Source: an uncultured Desulfarculus sp. (GTDB lineage: Bacteria; Desulfobacterota; Desulfarculia; Desulfarculales; Desulfarculaceae). Taken from it: DNA of 64,000 bases. The stretch is from positions 736,001-800,000 of the forward strand of contig CAXXUK010000002.1 in assembly GCA_963665125.2 (NCBI GenBank). The letters run 5' to 3'. The notes below the pieces were generated by a model. The model was given only the letters and a program-made list of their open reading frames with translations, made no database searches and was not told the origin of the DNA. The translations under genes were made by a program, and so were the position numbers. Below, piece after piece: positions 61,574-64,000 of this stretch (the stretch's first letter is position 1; each line of letters begins with the position of its first letter).

Positions 61574-62146
61574 ATGACTATGTTTCTTAACACAAGTTTC
61601 AAATTAGATGTCGAAATAAAACCAAAAATTGGCGAAGAAGGCAAGACAGAGCTGAATAATATCTACAAAGATATAGAGAGTCATGTAAGTAAATTATATG
61701 ATGACATCCTCGCCAACACCAAAACCGTACTCAAGGACACATACACAGAATCAGAAAACCTGGTTAAAGCTCAATACGATGCCTGGAAAGACTCGATTTC
61801 CAGCATCGGCGAAAAGGCCTTTAAAGACAGCTTTTCCGACTTGATCGACGGCAACCTGGAGAAGATCGCCGACCGCTGGATCGACAGCCTCAGCAACATC
61901 GAAGACACGTCCAAACAGATATTCGCAAAAACAATAGACGATCTGCAAGACAAAATCATGGCCATTCCCGGCAAAATCGCCAGCAAGACCTTCTGGGAGC
62001 CGGTTAAGGCTTTAGCTCACTTTATCAGATCCACGATATCCGGTAGATCACTGGCCGGGGCCGGTGCGCCGGGCAAGGCCTTCCAGATGGGCTCGCCGCC
62101 CTTGATAATGGCCAGATTGGGAACATCGCCCCTGGCGGCCCGGTAG
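61574..62146 (+). CDS. Helical (tape-measure-like) protein fragment B1, apparently truncated at about 62016 and reading into the antisense of A2
   Basis: RBS AAAGGAG; amphipathic helices (WKDSISSIGEKAFKDSFSDLIDG); last ~43 codons are antisense to A2. Confidence 0.6.
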   Translation: MTMFLNTSFKLDVEIKPKIGEEGKTELNNIYKDIESHVSKLYDDILANTKTVLKDTYTESENLVKAQYDAWKDSISSIGEKAFKDSFSDLIDGNLEKIADRWIDSLSNIEDTSKQIFAKTIDDLQDKIMAIPGKIASKTFWEPVKALAHFIRSTISGRSLAGAGAPGKAFQMGSPPLIMARLGTSPLAAR

Positions 62147-62383
62147 AACAGGCCGGTGCGCTTCTGGGCCGCCATGACCATGGCCAGCTCGTTATCAGTG
62201 GAACGCAGGGTCAGGTTTGAGCGCAAATTGCTGTCGGCGATGTTAATATGTACGCCGTCGTTATCGTATGCGGTTATGTATGCGCCCGAATATTTATCAG
62301 CGCCTTTGACGGCCAGGCTGGCCTTGCCGTTTTTATAGCCGATTGACGCCCGGTGGCCCCTGTTTTCGTCAACAAACATCAAG
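62017..62383. repeat. 367-bp direct repeat, copy 1
   Basis: Matches 63113-63479 at offset 1096; about 28 mismatches by hand count, only 1 within 62031-62160. Confidence 0.95.
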
Positions 62384-62769
62384 CGGCCACCAGGTTCATC
62401 AAAAGCCTTCAGTACAACATAGCTCTTTTGATTTTGATCAAGTAGATAAATGGATGGCATGCTGCCGTTATCGACGGTGAACCAAGCTCTTGGTCGATTT
62501 TTATTGTCTCTCAGTCTCAGCGCAGGGCCATTGTTGTCAACAACCATATAAATGAGATCATTCCCATTTGTATCCTTCAATGTGACTATAGGAAAGCCTT
62601 CGTTGCTAAAGCCAAGAGCGCCTCTTGGTTTCTTATGGTCATCAATCAAAACAAACTGCTTTGCTACTATGGAATCATAATATTGCTGGCTTGAACTAGT
62701 ATTGTTAATAAGAAAAAGTGCAATGGCGAACCCGGAAATAAATATGAGAATGTATTTGCTATGCTTCAC
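62017..62769 (-). CDS. Exported beta-repeat hypothetical protein, array copy A2
   Basis: GTG 62769; signal helix; QQYYDSIVAKQFVLIDD; ends PIWKALPGAPAPASDLPDIVDLIK. Confidence 0.82.
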   Translation of the reverse strand: MKHSKYILIFISGFAIALFLINNTSSSQQYYDSIVAKQFVLIDDHKKPRGALGFSNEGFPIVTLKDTNGNDLIYMVVDNNGPALRLRDNKNRPRAWFTVDNGSMPSIYLLDQNQKSYVVLKAFDEPGGRLMFVDENRGHRASIGYKNGKASLAVKGADKYSGAYITAYDNDGVHINIADSNLRSNLTLRSTDNELAMVMAAQKRTGLFYRAARGDVPNLAIIKGGEPIWKALPGAPAPASDLPDIVDLIK

Positions 62770-62849
62770 TGGACTTGTCCCCCTATTTTGTGATCCACTT
62801 CCGTTTGCCGCACCTCTGAAGAGGAGTATCTCATAACTTGGAGGTGCGC

Positions 62850-63242
62850 ATGGAAAGTAACACAAGCATTAATCTTAATGTTAATACCACTCTTGAGGCT
62901 GAGCTTCATATTGACAAAAGCCAGGCTCAAACCGAGCTTGAAAAGCTGTTTGACACCATTCAGCAAAAGCTCAAGGAAACCACAACCCGCGAAATCGGCG
63001 AATACGCCACGGCCGCCGGAAAGGCCATCAGCGATTCCTGGGACAGCGCCAAGCAAACCGTCACGGACACCGGCGGCGAGGCCATCAGCGATACGCTCTC
63101 GGCTATTTTCAGCTATTTAATCAGGTCCACGATATCCGGTAGATCACTGGCCGGGGCCGGTGCGCCGGGCAGGGCCTTCCAGATGGGCTCGCCGCCCTTG
63201 ATAATGGCCAGATTGGGAACATCGCCCCTGGCGGCCCGGTAG
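62850..63242 (+). CDS. Helical protein fragment B2, apparently truncated at about 63112 and reading into the antisense of A3
   Basis: RBS GGAGG; MESNTSINLNVN...; aligns by eye to B1. Confidence 0.6.
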   Translation: MESNTSINLNVNTTLEAELHIDKSQAQTELEKLFDTIQQKLKETTTREIGEYATAAGKAISDSWDSAKQTVTDTGGEAISDTLSAIFSYLIRSTISGRSLAGAGAPGRAFQMGSPPLIMARLGTSPLAAR

Positions 63243-63479
63243 AACAGGCCGGTGCGTTTTTGGGCCGCCATGACCATGGCCAGCTCGTTATCCTTGGAGC
63301 GCAGGGTCAGGTTCGGGCGCAAATTGCTGTCGGCGATATTCACCTGCACGCCGTCGTTATCGTATGCGGTTATGTATGCGCCGGAATATTTATCAGCGCC
63401 CTTGATGGCCAGGCTGGCCTTGCCGTTTTTATAGCCGATTGACGCACGATGCCCACCATTTTCATCAACAAACATCAAG
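63113..63479. repeat. 367-bp direct repeat, copy 2
   Basis: Matches 62017-62383. Confidence 0.95.
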
Positions 63480-63862
63480 TTGCCGCCGCCTTCACTACTT
63501 CCTGACAAAACCACTCTGCTTTTTTGGTTTGCATCCCAAAGAAAAATCCTCGGTGTTTCTCCTTTTACAACCACTATTCCAGTGCGAAGCTTTCCATTCT
63601 TGTCTTCAATTTCCAAAGAAGGACCTGCTTTGCTTACAATTAAGCGAATTGTTTCCTTCCCTTCGCCTTTTAATGTAACAAAAGGCCAGCCTTCTTTTGT
63701 AAAGCCCATGCCGCCTCTTGCCTGTTTATTATCGTCTATAAGGATGAACTGCTTTGCAATAATGGAATCGTAATATTGTTGAGTTGAATTTGATTTGACG
63801 GCCAGCATTGCAACCACGAGCCCTATGCATATGGCCATACCAAATTTTAGCACTTTAGACAT
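63113..63862 (-). CDS. Exported beta-repeat hypothetical protein, array copy A3
   Basis: ATG 63862; QQYYDSIIAKQFILIDD; C-terminal ~120 aa nearly identical to A2. Confidence 0.85.
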   Translation of the reverse strand: MSKVLKFGMAICIGLVVAMLAVKSNSTQQYYDSIIAKQFILIDDNKQARGGMGFTKEGWPFVTLKGEGKETIRLIVSKAGPSLEIEDKNGKLRTGIVVVKGETPRIFLWDANQKSRVVLSGSSEGGGNLMFVDENGGHRASIGYKNGKASLAIKGADKYSGAYITAYDNDGVQVNIADSNLRPNLTLRSKDNELAMVMAAQKRTGLFYRAARGDVPNLAIIKGGEPIWKALPGAPAPASDLPDIVDLIK

Positions 63863-63938
63863 TAACTGAACCCCCTTTTTGAGCCGCCTCACTGTTCTGC
63901 ACCCCAGTCTCAAAATAAATTAGAGCCTGGAGGTGTAT

Positions 63939-64000
63939 ATGGACAATTCAAGCGTTCTGGATCTAAACGTAAACGCAAAAATTAACGCAGAGCTAATCAT
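63939..64000 (+). CDS. Start of third B-family gene (B3); runs off the window
   Basis: RBS GGAGG; MDNSSVLDLNVNAKINAELI aligns to B2 MESNTSINLNVNTTLEAELH. Confidence 0.7.
   Translation, partial: MDNSSVLDLNVNAKINAELI

Noticed and set aside
62017..63479. Diversity-generating retroelement or shufflon as the explanation for the repeats
   Set aside because: Mismatches are not adenine-specific and are mostly synonymous, the repeats are direct, and no reverse transcriptase or invertase is in the window. Genes beyond 64000 cannot be excluded.

Overview
GC-rich chromosomal segment. Gene content (DUF3786 paralogues, rubrerythrin, long CheZ, XylR-type sigma54 activator) suggests a sulfate-reducing Desulfobacterota, possibly Desulfarculaceae-like; this is inference only. 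Most of the window is housekeeping or envelope DNA: DEAD-box helicase, an osmoadaptation block, mlaEFD, TPP riboswitch-thiD-thiC-phosphatase-birA, rpoZ-dnaJ-moaC-dksA, an ABC-type glycan cluster, surE, htpX, a frameshifted degP, gcvH-lgt-lspA-ileS, queH and cheZ. No rRNA, tRNA, CRISPR array or transposase was recognised. Four unusual regions stand out. (1) 60.7-64 kb: a tandem array of at least three divergent gene-pair cassettes with variable AT-rich heads and conserved GC-rich tails, pairing an exported beta-repeat protein with a truncated helical (tape-measure-like) protein. (2) 19.4-20.5 kb: two copies of a sigma54 promoter with the same tandem upstream sites, driving a candidate ~290-nt sRNA and a small secreted WNVP-repeat protein. 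(3) 49.8-53.3 kb: a SIR2-like gene followed by an AT-rich DUF2971 gene inside a ~38-bp direct repeat. (4) 43.7-44.2 kb: a multi-hairpin non-coding region. All calls were made by eye from motifs; no database searches were run.
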